DNA from: Pseudomonadota bacterium
GTDB taxonomy: Bacteria; Bdellovibrionota_C; UBA2361; OMII01
Reading direction: 5' to 3'
Assembly: GCA_038134595.1 (NCBI GenBank)
Contig: JAYPVM010000005.1
Span: 21,408-85,407, forward strand
DNA length: 64,000 nt
Shown here: positions 29,420 to 40,355 of the stretch, piece after piece
How the letters are laid out: the number at the start of each line of letters is the position of its first letter
Numbering within the stretch: the first letter of the stretch is position 1
The notes under the pieces: generated by a model
Database searches by the model: none
What the model saw: only the letters and a program-made list of their open reading frames with translations
What the model was told of the DNA's origin: nothing
Translations under genes and position numbers: made by a program

Positions 29420-30196
29420 TCATTGAGCCTTCATTTTTCCACGAAGGCTAACCGCACGCTTAACGGTGGCTCGAATATAATCGCGGTTCATCTTTGTTAT
29501 ATACTTTATACTAATCCCTTTCGGACATGCTTCTTGACACTCGCCATGATTCGTACATCCCCCGAACCCCTCTTTATCCATTTGATCTACCATCGATAGC
29601 ACACGATCAGTTTGTTCTGCCTGACCCTGCGGCAATAGGCCTAAATGAACAACCTTCGCCGCCGTAAATAGCATTGCGGATCCGTTTGGACACGCAGAAA
29701 CACATGCCCCACACCCGATACATGCCGCTGCATCAAAAGCCTCATCTGAAAACTCCTTTTCTATCGGCGTAGCGTTGGCCTCTGGCGCTGCACCCGTCGA
29801 TACCGAGACAAATCCACCAGACTGCTGAATACGATCAAATGCAGAGCGGTCTGTTACCAAATCTTTAACCACCGGAAACGCACCTGCTCGAAATGGCTCG
29901 ACATAGATAACGTCACCACTGCTAAACGTTCTCATATGGAGCTGACAAGCAGTCGTAAGTTTCTTGTGGCCGTGCGGTCTTCCATTAATACTCATCGAAC
30001 ACGAGCCGCAAATACCTTCTCGACAGTCGTGCTCAAAGGCAAACGGCTCATTGCCCTGCTCAATGAGAATACCGTTAAGAGTGTCAAGCATCTCCAAAAA
30101 CGACGAGTCCTCACTAATTCCCGTCAACTCATGACGCTCAAATGAGCCTTTGGCCTTGCTATTTCTTTGCCGCCAAACGTACACCGTTAAATCCAT
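29420..30196 (-). CDS. sdhB: succinate dehydrogenase/fumarate reductase iron-sulfur subunit
   Basis: 258 aa. 2Fe-2S (CREGICGSC), 4Fe-4S (CIGCGAC) and 3Fe-4S (CTNHGEC...CP) cysteine clusters. Confidence 0.9.
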   Translation of the reverse strand: MDLTVYVWRQRNSKAKGSFERHELTGISEDSSFLEMLDTLNGILIEQGNEPFAFEHDCREGICGSCSMSINGRPHGHKKLTTACQLHMRTFSSGDVIYVEPFRAGAFPVVKDLVTDRSAFDRIQQSGGFVSVSTGAAPEANATPIEKEFSDEAFDAAACIGCGACVSACPNGSAMLFTAAKVVHLGLLPQGQAEQTDRVLSMVDQMDKEGFGGCTNHGECQEACPKGISIKYITKMNRDYIRATVKRAVSLRGKMKAQ

Positions 30197-30206
30197 GTCT
30201 CTCTCC

Positions 30207-32126
30207 CTACTTGTAACTTCTCGTACTCAGTGTCACGTTTTCAAAGCTCAACGGCTCTTTTGTAAGCTCATGTTTACCCTGCGCCCCCCCTGGACTCCAT
30301 ACGGCACCGTAGCAAAACTTTTCATCATCTCTCTTAGCTTCTCCGTCCTGAGTTTGATGTTCTTCTCGGAAGTGCCCGCCGCAGGACTCCTCTCGGTTAA
30401 GAGCGTCCACACACATCAGTTCAGCAAAATCAAAAAAATCAGCTACCCTACCTGCCTTTTCTAATTCTTGATTCAAATCCTGCCCATCTCCGCCAACTCT
30501 CGCGTTCTGCCAAAACTCTTCTCTTATCTCCCCAATCTCTGAGATAGCCTCTTTGAGTCCAGACTCAGACCTTGACATCCCGCATTTATCCCACATCACT
30601 CGTCCAAGTTTTCTGTGATAGAAATCAACAGGCTTGGAGCCCTGCATAGCAAGAAATCCGTCCAATCGTTCACCGACCCGGCCCTTGGCTTCTTTTACAT
30701 CTGCGTGATCCGTTGAAAACTCCCCCGGCTTCTGGCCTGCGAGATAATCTCCAATTGTGTTCGGAAGCACAAAATAACCGTCGGCTAACCCTTGCATCAA
30801 CGCGCTCGCCCCTAACCGATTGGCGCCATGGTCTGAGAAGTTTGCCTCTCCCGCGGCAAACAAACCTGGAATGGTGGTCATCAGATTATAGTCAACCCAC
30901 AAGCCACCCATTGTGTAGTGCGGAGCGGGATAAATCCGCATCGGCGTCGCGTACGGATTCTCCCCAGCGATATTCGCGTACATATCGAATAGATTCCCAT
31001 ACCGCGATTCTATCACGTCCTTTCCGAGCCTGTTGATTGCATCTGAAAAATCGAGATAAACCCCTAGCCCCATCGGACCGACTCCGTATCCGGCGTCGCA
31101 GCGTTCCTTTGCTGCTCGAGACGCAATATCCCGGGGCGAAAGATTTCCGAAGCTAGGATACCGACGCTCAAGATAGTAATCGCGTTCGTTCTCGGGTATT
31201 TCCGCGGGTCGTCGACGATCCCCTTGAGCTTTGGGCACCCACACCCGCCCGTCATTACGAAGTGATTCACTCATAAGAGTAAGCTTAGACTGATGTTCAC
31301 CAGAAACAGGAATGGAAGTGGGATGAATCTGCGTAAAACAAGGATTGGCAAATCCAGCGCCATGCTTATACGCTCTCCATGTTGCCGTAACATTACAGTT
31401 CTTTGCATTGGTAGAAAGATAGAAGACATTTGAATATCCTCCGGTCGCCAAAACAACAGCATCGGCTACATGCGGTGTTATTTCTCCAGTCCTTAGGTCT
31501 CGAACTATCACACCGCGACACCGCCCATCACTAATAATGAGGTCTAACATCTCGGTGTGCGGAAACATAGCAACTGTACCCGCATGAATCTGTCGATTTA
31601 GAGCGGCATACGCACCCAGTAACAGTTGTTGCCCTGTTTGACCTTTTGCGTAGAAAGTCCTCGATACCTGCGCACCACCGAAAGACCGATTTGCAAGCAG
31701 TCCCCCATAATCTCTCGCAAACGGAACCCCTTGCGCGACACACTGATCGATTATGTTGACACTCAACTGCGCTAATCTATATACATTGGCTTCGCGAGCC
31801 CTAAAATCTCCACCCTTGATGGTATCGTAAAATAGCCGGAATACACTGTCGCCGTCGTTTTGATAATTTTTTGCAGCGTTGATACCCCCTTGAGCTGCGA
31901 TGCTATGCGCCCGACGAGGAGAATCCTGAAAACAAAAAGACTTTACATTATACCCCAGCTCACCAAACGAAGCCGCCGCAGACGCACCGGCCAAACCCGT
32001 TCCTATTACTACGATAGAGTACTTTCGCTTATTAGCCGGACTGACTAGCTTAATCGAGGCCTTGTGTTTCTGCCACTTTTCTTCGAGCGGCCCTGCTGGA
32101 ATCTTGGAGTCAAGCTTGAGAGACAT
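30207..32126 (-). CDS. sdhA: succinate dehydrogenase/fumarate reductase flavoprotein subunit
   Basis: 639 aa. FAD-binding [10 protein letters not shown] and the covalent-FAD His region ([15 protein letters not shown]). Confidence 0.95.
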   Translation of the reverse strand: MSLKLDSKIPAGPLEEKWQKHKASIKLVSPANKRKYSIVVIGTGLAGASAAASFGELGYNVKSFCFQDSPRRAHSIAAQGGINAAKNYQNDGDSVFRLFYDTIKGGDFRAREANVYRLAQLSVNIIDQCVAQGVPFARDYGGLLANRSFGGAQVSRTFYAKGQTGQQLLLGAYAALNRQIHAGTVAMFPHTEMLDLIISDGRCRGVIVRDLRTGEITPHVADAVVLATGGYSNVFYLSTNAKNCNVTATWRAYKHGAGFANPCFTQIHPTSIPVSGEHQSKLTLMSESLRNDGRVWVPKAQGDRRRPAEIPENERDYYLERRYPSFGNLSPRDIASRAAKERCDAGYGVGPMGLGVYLDFSDAINRLGKDVIESRYGNLFDMYANIAGENPYATPMRIYPAPHYTMGGLWVDYNLMTTIPGLFAAGEANFSDHGANRLGASALMQGLADGYFVLPNTIGDYLAGQKPGEFSTDHADVKEAKGRVGERLDGFLAMQGSKPVDFYHRKLGRVMWDKCGMSRSESGLKEAISEIGEIREEFWQNARVGGDGQDLNQELEKAGRVADFFDFAELMCVDALNREESCGGHFREEHQTQDGEAKRDDEKFCYGAVWSPGGAQGKHELTKEPLSFENVTLSTRSYK

Positions 32127-32159
32127 ACTAAATCCTTTATGAAAATCTCTTTATCAAAA

Positions 32160-32891
32160 TCAATGCCTACCGCCTTCCGTATGGTGCGCAACCGGCTGTG
32201 GCAACAGATTCATGGCTATCGATGCGGGAACAGCAGAAAAGCCAATAAACATTAAGACCGAAACAACCTTTGCGATATTCCTTATCCCGTTATTCCAACT
32301 CGGCGTATCTACTCCTAATGTTTGAAACATACTCCATGTTCCATGATAGAGATGCATCCCCAAAAAACCCATGGCTACAACGTATACAGATGCTATCCCC
32401 CTGTTTTGGAAGGCATTCCATACGTTCTGATATACTTCTCCCTCAACGAACCCCTGAGTATGAACATGCCCTGTCGTGAAATGAAGGATATGAAAAGCGA
32501 TAAACGAAAGGAGAAATAATCCTCCGTACAACATAGTCTTCGAGGCAGCATTTGCTGACCTATAGCGTATGTTATTCCCGGAGATTGGTTTAGCCGCTCG
32601 GTTTAACCTCGCCAACTGAATACCGCTTATGGCGTGCACAAGTAGCGCAACGATAAGAACCGCCCGAACCACCCACAAAACTCCACTGTTTCCGAACATC
32701 TCCGAACCCATTGACCGCAAGAACCTGCCGTAATCGTCAATCTTATAGTCACCAGTTGCAGGGTCAATGCCAGCAAAAATCTTCAGATTACCTACCATAT
32801 GACCAATCACAAAGCCGACCATAATGACGCCACTAAGGGCCATCGAGACCTTTTTGCCGATGGTGGATTTATAAAAGCTTCCTAGAGTCAT
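32160..32891 (-). CDS. sdhC: succinate dehydrogenase cytochrome b558 subunit (Bacillus type, 5 TM)
   Basis: 243 aa. Polytopic, with conserved His in the helices. Gene order sdhC-sdhA-sdhB on the minus strand. Confidence 0.8.
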   Translation of the reverse strand: MTLGSFYKSTIGKKVSMALSGVIMVGFVIGHMVGNLKIFAGIDPATGDYKIDDYGRFLRSMGSEMFGNSGVLWVVRAVLIVALLVHAISGIQLARLNRAAKPISGNNIRYRSANAASKTMLYGGLFLLSFIAFHILHFTTGHVHTQGFVEGEVYQNVWNAFQNRGIASVYVVAMGFLGMHLYHGTWSMFQTLGVDTPSWNNGIRNIAKVVSVLMFIGFSAVPASIAMNLLPQPVAHHTEGGRH

Positions 32892-33205
32892 ACCAACCTA
32901 CTGTCATTTAATGTGTGCGCTAATGAAATCACGCGCCTTGAAGCCGACAACACAGTGCCAAAGATAAGAAATGAAAAGACGCGCCCTTCCCTAGGCACGC
33001 CCCGCAAACGTCCCCTTGGAGAGGCCAACGAGCCCGCACCCCGAATCAAACCCTTCAAGATTACAGGACATTATTCCACATAGACCTCCGGCGCAATAGG
33101 AACAAATTACTTCCAACGCCAACTACAACACTGTTTCTGTTTTTATACTCATAGTTTAGCTTTGTCAGCCCGATAAACCTATGAAACATCGCAAGAATCG
33201 AGGCT

Positions 33206-34495
33206 ATGCGTAAGATATCAATCAAATTAGGAGAGCGAATGGATGGCTCAGCCGAGATTCGCATCGCCCCTGAACAACTCTTTGGGTGCCACTGTGCTAT
33301 ACTCGGAAGCTCGGGGAGCGGAAAAAGCTGGACCCTTGCCCGATGCCTCGAGGAGTCTGCTAACTATGGCTCTAAATTTGTCCTACTTGACGTATCAGGC
33401 GAGTACAGCAACCTCGAGCACCGGACGTTTCACATCCACATCCCAACCACTCACGCGATCACACCCTCATCGGAGAATAGATCAGTGGCCGCGACCATAC
33501 CGTACTATGAACTGACAGAATCAGACCTGTTTTCGATATTCGCGCCTAATGGACCTCTGCAACGCGTAAAACTTAGAGAGGCAATGCGCACTCTCAAGTT
33601 ACTGCAACGAATCCCCCAGCTTGCGGTTAGTGGCGTATTTCCGAAATCAAACAAACTTAAAGCGCCCTATGAAGAGGCGCTCATTGCAGAGTCAAAAAGT
33701 ATCAACCGGCCCGACAGCATTTTTAACGTGTATAACCTTCCAAACCAAATAGCACACGAGTGCGTTGACCCATCTAGAAGCGACGCGGAACAGGGGTACT
33801 GGGGTTCGGTAAATAGCGCAGACCAAACCGAGTGTGCGTCTCTCATCCATAGGATTGACGACCTCTTAAAGCAGGGTACATTAAATTGTATATTTAATCC
33901 TCCCGCTATCCCTAGCGTCTTCGAGGCACTCGAGAAATTCATAACCGATGATACCGTTTCCATTCTAAGAATCTCGCTAGAGGAGCTCCCGATAGCAAAT
34001 GAAGTTCGAACAATCGTTTTAGAAGCCATCGCTCGCACGCTACTATCAATGGCCCGACATAACGAGTTTCGAGAGAGACCAGTAGTCTTGGTTATGGATG
34101 AAGCTCACCAAGCCATTTCCCCGGGGGTGGCCGCCAGACAGCTTGAAACGCCTAAATTCCCTGTATTCGAATCGATTGCCAAGGAGGGAAGAAAATACGG
34201 ACTAACCCTCTGCTTGGCAACCCAACGGCCAGCAGATCTTTCAGATGGCATCTTAACGCAGGTGTCCACTTTTGTCGTGCACCGACTTATCGGGAAAGGA
34301 GACCAGGATTCGGTACAGCACGTATTAGGCGGAGTCGACGCCTCACTGATAAAAAATCTAAGTAAATTACCAAAGGGGAGCGCAATTTTAATAAGTGGTG
34401 GATCGCATACGACCTTGAAGGTAACAAAGCCAGATGTTCCACCTGTATCAAATGGCCCTAATTACCAACAAGCATGGTCCCAATCAAAGCGGTAA
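33206..34495 (+). CDS. HerA/FtsK-superfamily P-loop ATPase (DUF87-like AAA-like domain protein)
   Basis: 429 aa. Walker A AILGSSGSGKSW. Walker B plus DEAH-like VVLVMDEAHQ. Arginine-finger-like LATQRPADL. No partner nuclease or effector gene adjacent. Confidence 0.7.
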   Translation: MRKISIKLGERMDGSAEIRIAPEQLFGCHCAILGSSGSGKSWTLARCLEESANYGSKFVLLDVSGEYSNLEHRTFHIHIPTTHAITPSSENRSVAATIPYYELTESDLFSIFAPNGPLQRVKLREAMRTLKLLQRIPQLAVSGVFPKSNKLKAPYEEALIAESKSINRPDSIFNVYNLPNQIAHECVDPSRSDAEQGYWGSVNSADQTECASLIHRIDDLLKQGTLNCIFNPPAIPSVFEALEKFITDDTVSILRISLEELPIANEVRTIVLEAIARTLLSMARHNEFRERPVVLVMDEAHQAISPGVAARQLETPKFPVFESIAKEGRKYGLTLCLATQRPADLSDGILTQVSTFVVHRLIGKGDQDSVQHVLGGVDASLIKNLSKLPKGSAILISGGSHTTLKVTKPDVPPVSNGPNYQQAWSQSKR

Positions 34496-34594
34496 ATCTG
34501 GCCTCGTCAATAAGACGCCCAGAGCATATAACTCTGAGGTAAAAGGAAGCATTTCACACTATAAGCCGCAATCCTACTACGCTATACTACCAAT

Positions 34595-36061
34595 ATGAAT
34601 CCAAGCCTGCTTCAATTAAACACCAGAGTCCTTCTCTCTTCAATAAAACCAAACGCTACCCTTGATGATATTCCCGATAGCTTTCTCCGGCAAATTAACG
34701 TCGATGGATTCGATTGGGTTTGGCTTTTGGGAGTCTGGTCAGTTGGACCGGCGAGCCGTCGCATATCCCGTTCCCGAACTAGTTGGCTAGACGAGTATCG
34801 CAACGCTCTCCCGGATTTAGAAGAGAAGGATATCTGCGGCTCTCCGTTTGCCATTCAAGGATACACTGTTGATCCTTATCTCGGTGGTGAAGACGCGCTA
34901 GCGCGCATACGCTCCCGAATGCGAGCTCTCGACATCAAACTGATGGTTGATTTCATTCCCAATCACATAGGGTTCGACCACCCTTGGATTGCTTCGAACC
35001 CAGAATTTCTCATTAGGGGCACAGAGGCTGACTATTTCACGAGTCCAGACGAATGGGTGCGCTTAGACTCAGGACAAATCTATGCCTATGGCCGGGACCC
35101 TCACTACCCAGGTTGGCCCGATACCTTACAGCTAAATTATTTTAATCCGAACCTGCGTGCCGCCATGCACCAGGAGCTTGCCAGTATCGCTCAGCGAGCC
35201 GATGGAGTTCGTTGCGATATGGCAATGCTTATCGAACCAGAGATATTTACTAAGACATGGCAGAAAGCCTCACCAGAGGAAAGCTTCCCCTCTTTTTGGC
35301 CTTCCGCAATCGAAATGGCGCGAAAAAGGAACCCTTCCTTCCTCATGATGGCTGAAGTGTACTGGAACTATGAATGGAGGCTTCAACAACATGGCTTTGA
35401 CTATGTTTACGACAAGACTTTATACGACCGGATCATCGCCGGCAACGCCGCAGAGATTTATGCTCACTTAACTGCTCCGCTCGAATACCAAAGCAAGCTA
35501 ACTCGTTTTCTAGAGAATCACGATGAAGCTCGAGCTGCAGCGGCTATACCATATGAGCGTTACAACGCTGCTGCCGTTCTTACCTATCTAACACCAGGGC
35601 TTCGCTTGTTTCACGATGGTCAGCTAGAGGGGAAAAAAATCCGAATCCCCGTTCACTTACAAAGAGGCCCTGAGGAAAGAATCGCACCCGACATTGCTAG
35701 GTTTTATGAGAAGTTTTTACCCCTGGTAAACTCTCCTATTAGCAAGCTGGGCAAATGGAGCTTGGTCGAAACAGAAAGTGCCACAAACAAAGACTCGACA
35801 TGCAGCCCAATCATCTCATTTGCACTAACCTCTGATGAGGCCTGCTGGGTCGTCGTGGTCAACTTTACAAATAGTCACCAGTCAGTAACACTGAAGCTTT
35901 CAGGTAATAACCTTTCTTCCGACACTCAAGCTGGCACAAAATTAACTCTAACCGAACTCCTCAATGAAGAGACAGCCCGTCATAGCGTTAATGCAAACAA
36001 ATTAGAGCTTAAGCTCAAACCATGGGATGCTTGCGTGTTCGAAGTCACACTTGATACCTGA
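34595..36061 (+). CDS. GH13 alpha-amylase family glycoside hydrolase (cytoplasmic)
   Basis: 488 aa. GH13 regions DFIPNHIG, GVRCDMAMLIEPE, EVYWNYEW and FLENHDEAR. No signal peptide. Confidence 0.8.
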   Translation: MNPSLLQLNTRVLLSSIKPNATLDDIPDSFLRQINVDGFDWVWLLGVWSVGPASRRISRSRTSWLDEYRNALPDLEEKDICGSPFAIQGYTVDPYLGGEDALARIRSRMRALDIKLMVDFIPNHIGFDHPWIASNPEFLIRGTEADYFTSPDEWVRLDSGQIYAYGRDPHYPGWPDTLQLNYFNPNLRAAMHQELASIAQRADGVRCDMAMLIEPEIFTKTWQKASPEESFPSFWPSAIEMARKRNPSFLMMAEVYWNYEWRLQQHGFDYVYDKTLYDRIIAGNAAEIYAHLTAPLEYQSKLTRFLENHDEARAAAAIPYERYNAAAVLTYLTPGLRLFHDGQLEGKKIRIPVHLQRGPEERIAPDIARFYEKFLPLVNSPISKLGKWSLVETESATNKDSTCSPIISFALTSDEACWVVVVNFTNSHQSVTLKLSGNNLSSDTQAGTKLTLTELLNEETARHSVNANKLELKLKPWDACVFEVTLDT

Positions 36062-36080
36062 AGGCTACTCCCACTCTTTT

Positions 36081-36629
36081 TTAATGCTCTGGCAGTAAAC
36101 GCTCACCCACGGGGATATCGCTGGAGCTAAAGGACATGTTGAAATCACGCAACTTCTCTGCTCCTAGTAAAAGTCCTAAAAGAGATGCGAACTCTCCCAA
36201 TTTTTCGGAGCCTAAATGCCCAAGCTCTCTTATGTAGAAATCACGCACTTGTAGACTTAACACAGACAGCACCCGCTTAGCTTCATCGGTAATTGAAACA
36301 GTAATAACCCGTCTATCCTCTGTACTTCTTTTTCGAGCCACATAACCAAGTCGATCGAGGCGATCGAGAAGTCGCGTCATGTCCGGCACTTCGGCGATGA
36401 GTTGAGTACTGATATCACCACACGATTGCCCAGTACTATCGGCAGATTGAAGAATACGCAATATGTCATAGGTAGCGGTGGTTAGATCGTACTGACGCAG
36501 TAATCTATTCAACTCAGCCTCTAGCTTCCCCGCACATTTAGCAAGAAGACGATACACCGTCTCCTCTATAGGCTGGTCGCGGTTTGCGATTTCCGATGCC
36601 ACAACCCTCTCCTTTCCGTCTGAGCTCAT
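36081..36629 (-). CDS. MarR-family transcriptional regulator
   Basis: Winged-helix region (TYDILRILQS...GDISTQL...VTRLLDRLDRLGYVARKRSTEDRRV). Start reassigned to an internal ATG (182 aa) with AAGGGG 8 nt upstream. The 245-aa track ORF has an implausible N-terminal extension. Confidence 0.7.
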   Translation of the reverse strand: MSSDGKERVVASEIANRDQPIEETVYRLLAKCAGKLEAELNRLLRQYDLTTATYDILRILQSADSTGQSCGDISTQLIAEVPDMTRLLDRLDRLGYVARKRSTEDRRVITVSITDEAKRVLSVLSLQVRDFYIRELGHLGSEKLGEFASLLGLLLGAEKLRDFNMSFSSSDIPVGERLLPEH

Positions 36630-37049
36630 AAACACGCCCCTTACGCTACACACTGTTTCAGCACAAAACGGGGGCACAAAACACTGCCCTACGTTTTTGG
36701 CTCGCCTATTTGACAGCAGAAATAGTTTCAAAAAACGGGGGTTGCGGCTATGACTCCGATTACTCAGCACATTGTATGTCAAAGCGCGAGACCGCACTTC
36801 CAAGCGCTCGCTTATCATACTAAAGGTTAAATCAACCGCGCCTTACGCAAGCAGTTTTGTTCAAATTATCGATACACTTGTGCTCCACTCCCAAGAAGGG
36901 GTACCTTTGACAGCGAGATAAACAGTCTAGCCATTGATGACTCAGACCATCTAACGGGAGAAAACACGTTCGGCTTAAAAATTTTCGATGAATACCGAGC
37001 TCGCTCACCACTTTGACACCTACCAGCGCCTAGACCACCGCGACAGCTT

Positions 37050-38480
37050 ATGAATCCTTTAAAGACGAAAGAACTTACACTTCGGTCTGCTACCAAAAAG
37101 CCCCTAAACGCATTACTCCTTCTTTCTGGTTCCCTTTTGCTCTCGTTAGGGCTCTGCGCATGCTCTATCCCTAATCTGGACCGAGTCGCTTTAAACCAAC
37201 AAAACGACTCTCCGAAGGACGAATCCCTATTCATCGAGTCGCTTAACCCTGAGCTACTCGAATCAGATCTCGAACTTCTTAAAAACACCTCGAAACCCGT
37301 GAGAGCCCTGACACTATCAACTGCATGGCTTTCAAAATCTCGATATCAATTAACCCACGGCTCACCTGGCGCGATATCCAGCATGCTTCGCGCTATTCAA
37401 CTTACACTCTCTGGAATGGAAATGAGTGGGTGCGAAAGCTTTGCATCAAAGCGATGTAAGAGTCTAAACGAAATTCAGAGAGAGGCTATATTTCTGCTAT
37501 TCTCAACACTTCAAGACCGAAGCTGGATAGCACCAAAGCTTGCTCCATCGCGCTACCGGTTTTCACAAACAGCAATCGACCTAATCCAACAACTTCAGAA
37601 CTGGGAGATAACACTCCCGACAACGCCACGCGACCTACTCATAGATAGAAGTGGTATTGGACTCCCTCTCGCCGGATGTCGAAAACTACGAAAGGCAAGA
37701 ATATGCACTCCGCTAACTGCAGTAGTCTCGTTTCGGGAGGAACTTTCGAGTGACCTTATAACCGCCGATATATCCATCATCGATAGCTACCAGCAAGAAG
37801 TGTTGTCAACTCATGGAAAAAGCGCTCCCGTGGCTGCTAGTTTTTCCAAAGCAGTGGAACTCGTCAAAGATTCACTAGTAGCGTCGGGACAACTTGTGTG
37901 TTTGAGCACACCGACATCCTCTACGGGCGTTGTGCTCATCCCGCATCAGTCCTCGAGTAATCCCGCGGATGTCGGAACTTTTCTACTTTCGGTAGCAACC
38001 AACCCATCGGTCCGCAATGCATTTACTCCATGCGTGACAAGCATCCAAGTATCACACTCCATGCCCCAGACTCGAAAACTTGCCCAGCGTGCCATCTCAA
38101 ATCTCACCGGGCTTACGAGACCACAACTACCGACGTCTACTATCAAGCTCGCTCTGATCAATCTAGCGAATGAAACAATTCCATTCTCCACCATACTAGC
38201 GACAACTCTCAACCCTTCTCAGACCAACAGATGGAGCCTCTGTAGTGTAGGAGTTCCTCCTTTTCTCCTTTCTGCCCAAAACGCTCGGCACGCCCTAGAG
38301 GACGTCGCAGCGTCGGCAGCCGCATCGGTCTTCACTACCTCTGCACGTTGCGACAATAAGTGCGAAACAGCACTTTTAACTGGAAACGATCTTCTCGGAG
38401 ATAAAACGCAACCTACAGCACCTAGCCGAAAGGCGCGAACTCTAAAAGACGAGTCGTTTTCGGTGTCGTCTGCCATGTAA
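37050..38480 (+). CDS. hypothetical lipoprotein
   Basis: 476 aa. Signal peptide with LGLCAC lipobox. S/T-rich. No recognisable domain. Divergent from the MarR gene. Confidence 0.6.
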   Translation: MNPLKTKELTLRSATKKPLNALLLLSGSLLLSLGLCACSIPNLDRVALNQQNDSPKDESLFIESLNPELLESDLELLKNTSKPVRALTLSTAWLSKSRYQLTHGSPGAISSMLRAIQLTLSGMEMSGCESFASKRCKSLNEIQREAIFLLFSTLQDRSWIAPKLAPSRYRFSQTAIDLIQQLQNWEITLPTTPRDLLIDRSGIGLPLAGCRKLRKARICTPLTAVVSFREELSSDLITADISIIDSYQQEVLSTHGKSAPVAASFSKAVELVKDSLVASGQLVCLSTPTSSTGVVLIPHQSSSNPADVGTFLLSVATNPSVRNAFTPCVTSIQVSHSMPQTRKLAQRAISNLTGLTRPQLPTSTIKLALINLANETIPFSTILATTLNPSQTNRWSLCSVGVPPFLLSAQNARHALEDVAASAAASVFTTSARCDNKCETALLTGNDLLGDKTQPTAPSRKARTLKDESFSVSSAM

Positions 38481-38563
38481 AAAGGAGATGCAGACATTTT
38501 TGTTGCCATCTGCTAGGCTTCGCTTAAGTGTTCATATGTACCAGCTGAGTTAAAAATCACTTT

Positions 38564-39847
38564 TTGGCGACAGTTGAATTAAACACAACGGTTCCTATGT
38601 CATCAATTGCAACCCTTCCACCAGTTAACCAATCCAACGAGTCGGTATCATCCACGGCCTATGGAATATCCGAATTATACCTTTCAGCCGAGCCAGATGA
38701 AATCGCTTCTTTACTCGCTGACGCATCACCGCGTGAAATCTCTCACACCCTAAAACAACTACTCCCGGATAAGGCTACAATTGTTTTCTCGCTTTTGTCG
38801 GAGGCAACACGGGACGAGCTCGGCCAATATCTCGACGCGCGATATCTAGAGCAGTGGGCTCATAACAGCACTTATCCCGAGGATTCTGTAGGCCGGCTTA
38901 TGGATCCGCCTTTTGGGGTCTATCAACTCGATCAAGCGGTGAATGAGGTTCTTCGAACCCTTAAGGATCAACTCAGGCGTGAATTTATCACCTATCTCTA
39001 TGTCGTAGATAACACTGGGCAACTACAGGGGCTCGTTGTTATGAGAGATCTGCTCTTTGCTCAGCCGACCCAATTACTCAGTGATATCATGGCATCTGAC
39101 ATTTTCTCCCTCACCCCTGAAACGCCTGTTATGGAGGCGATGCGTGGGGTTGCGGCTCGGCATTACCCAGTATATCCCGTCATCGATTCAAAAAGGCAGC
39201 TATGTGGTTTAGTACGAGGCTCACGGCTATTTCAAGCGCAAGCATTTGAGATTAGTTCTCAAGCCGGGACTATGGTGGGTGTTGAAAAGGGGGAGCGTTC
39301 TACGACGCATTTCTTCAAAAGTCTCCGTTATCGCCATCCCTGGCTTCAACTTAACCTTCTTACTGCTTTCATCGCGGGAGCAATCGTCAATCTTTTTCAG
39401 GATACAATTAATCAGGTCGTTGTACTGGCTTCATTTCTGCCGATTCTGGCAGGACAGTCGGGTAATACAGGGTGTCAATCCCTAGCCATCACACTCCGTG
39501 GTCTTACCCTCGGAGAGATAGATCAGACAAAAATCTCCCGCCTACTCCTAAAAGAGGCGTTTTTAGGTTTACTAAACGGAGCTCTCGTTGGTCTAACCGC
39601 AGGTCTAGCAATGCTGGTTCTGGCACACGTTCAGGAGCTCTCTGAGCCCTTTCTTCTCGCTTCCATCGTATTCATGGCGATGACTGCTAGCTGCTGCATA
39701 AGCGGCGTATCCGGTGTGCTCGTGCCGGTCGCATTGCGTCGACTAGGTGCCGATCCCGCCACAGCATCAGGTATCTTTCTTACTACAGCCACCGACGTTG
39801 CCAGCATGGGCCTACTTCTGGCACTGGCAACTCTAATTTTACTCTAA
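38564..39847 (+). CDS. mgtE: magnesium transporter MgtE
   Basis: 427 aa. N-domain, tandem CBS and C-terminal 5-TM MgtE domain (AGQSGNTGCQSLAI, FLTTATDVASM). Confidence 0.9.
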   Translation: MATVELNTTVPMSSIATLPPVNQSNESVSSTAYGISELYLSAEPDEIASLLADASPREISHTLKQLLPDKATIVFSLLSEATRDELGQYLDARYLEQWAHNSTYPEDSVGRLMDPPFGVYQLDQAVNEVLRTLKDQLRREFITYLYVVDNTGQLQGLVVMRDLLFAQPTQLLSDIMASDIFSLTPETPVMEAMRGVAARHYPVYPVIDSKRQLCGLVRGSRLFQAQAFEISSQAGTMVGVEKGERSTTHFFKSLRYRHPWLQLNLLTAFIAGAIVNLFQDTINQVVVLASFLPILAGQSGNTGCQSLAITLRGLTLGEIDQTKISRLLLKEAFLGLLNGALVGLTAGLAMLVLAHVQELSEPFLLASIVFMAMTASCCISGVSGVLVPVALRRLGADPATASGIFLTTATDVASMGLLLALATLILL

Positions 39848-40168
39848 GCCCCCTGCGAATGCGTCTACAACTTCAAGGACCGTCGTAATCGTCTGCGCCT
39901 GTCCAGGAAATCGCGCCTCGAGCCGACTGCTAATCGACTTTGAAAATTGTCGTTGGTATCTCTCGTAGGACTCCATGTTCTCGGCCTCAAACTGAACAGC
40001 ATAGGTAAAACCACCCTGTTCAAACGCATGAATTCGCAGCAATCTCGACCGTTCGAAACAGCCCGTCTCTAATACCGCCCGAACATAGATACTTCTGATC
40101 CACTCGAGCCATTTGTCATGTACATCCTTATCCACGTTCATTGTGATATTGAAAACTATCCCCGGCAT
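39839..40168 (-). CDS. DUF4286-like small protein
   Basis: 109 aa. Convergent 9-nt overlap with mgtE. Compact and conserved-looking. Confidence 0.5.
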   Translation of the reverse strand: MPGIVFNITMNVDKDVHDKWLEWIRSIYVRAVLETGCFERSRLLRIHAFEQGGFTYAVQFEAENMESYERYQRQFSKSISSRLEARFPGQAQTITTVLEVVDAFAGGLE

Positions 40169-40355
40169 ACTCTCCTCTATCTCGCCCCCAAACAGCCTTT
40201 TCCTAAATAAACCTGAAGCATTTTAAAGCAAATGCACCAAGATAATCCAATACTTGTTCCGTTGAGGCCACTCGCCTCTTTCAACATTGTCTAACGATAT
40301 TTACTGCTAAAACCCTTCCAGAAGGCCGCGTTCTCTGATAAAAATCTAACGTATC

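Noticed and set aside
36866-37288. 140-aa minus-strand ORF overlapping the lipoprotein gene start
   Set aside because: Antisense to the signal-peptide region of a better-supported gene. Ser/Arg-rich composition.
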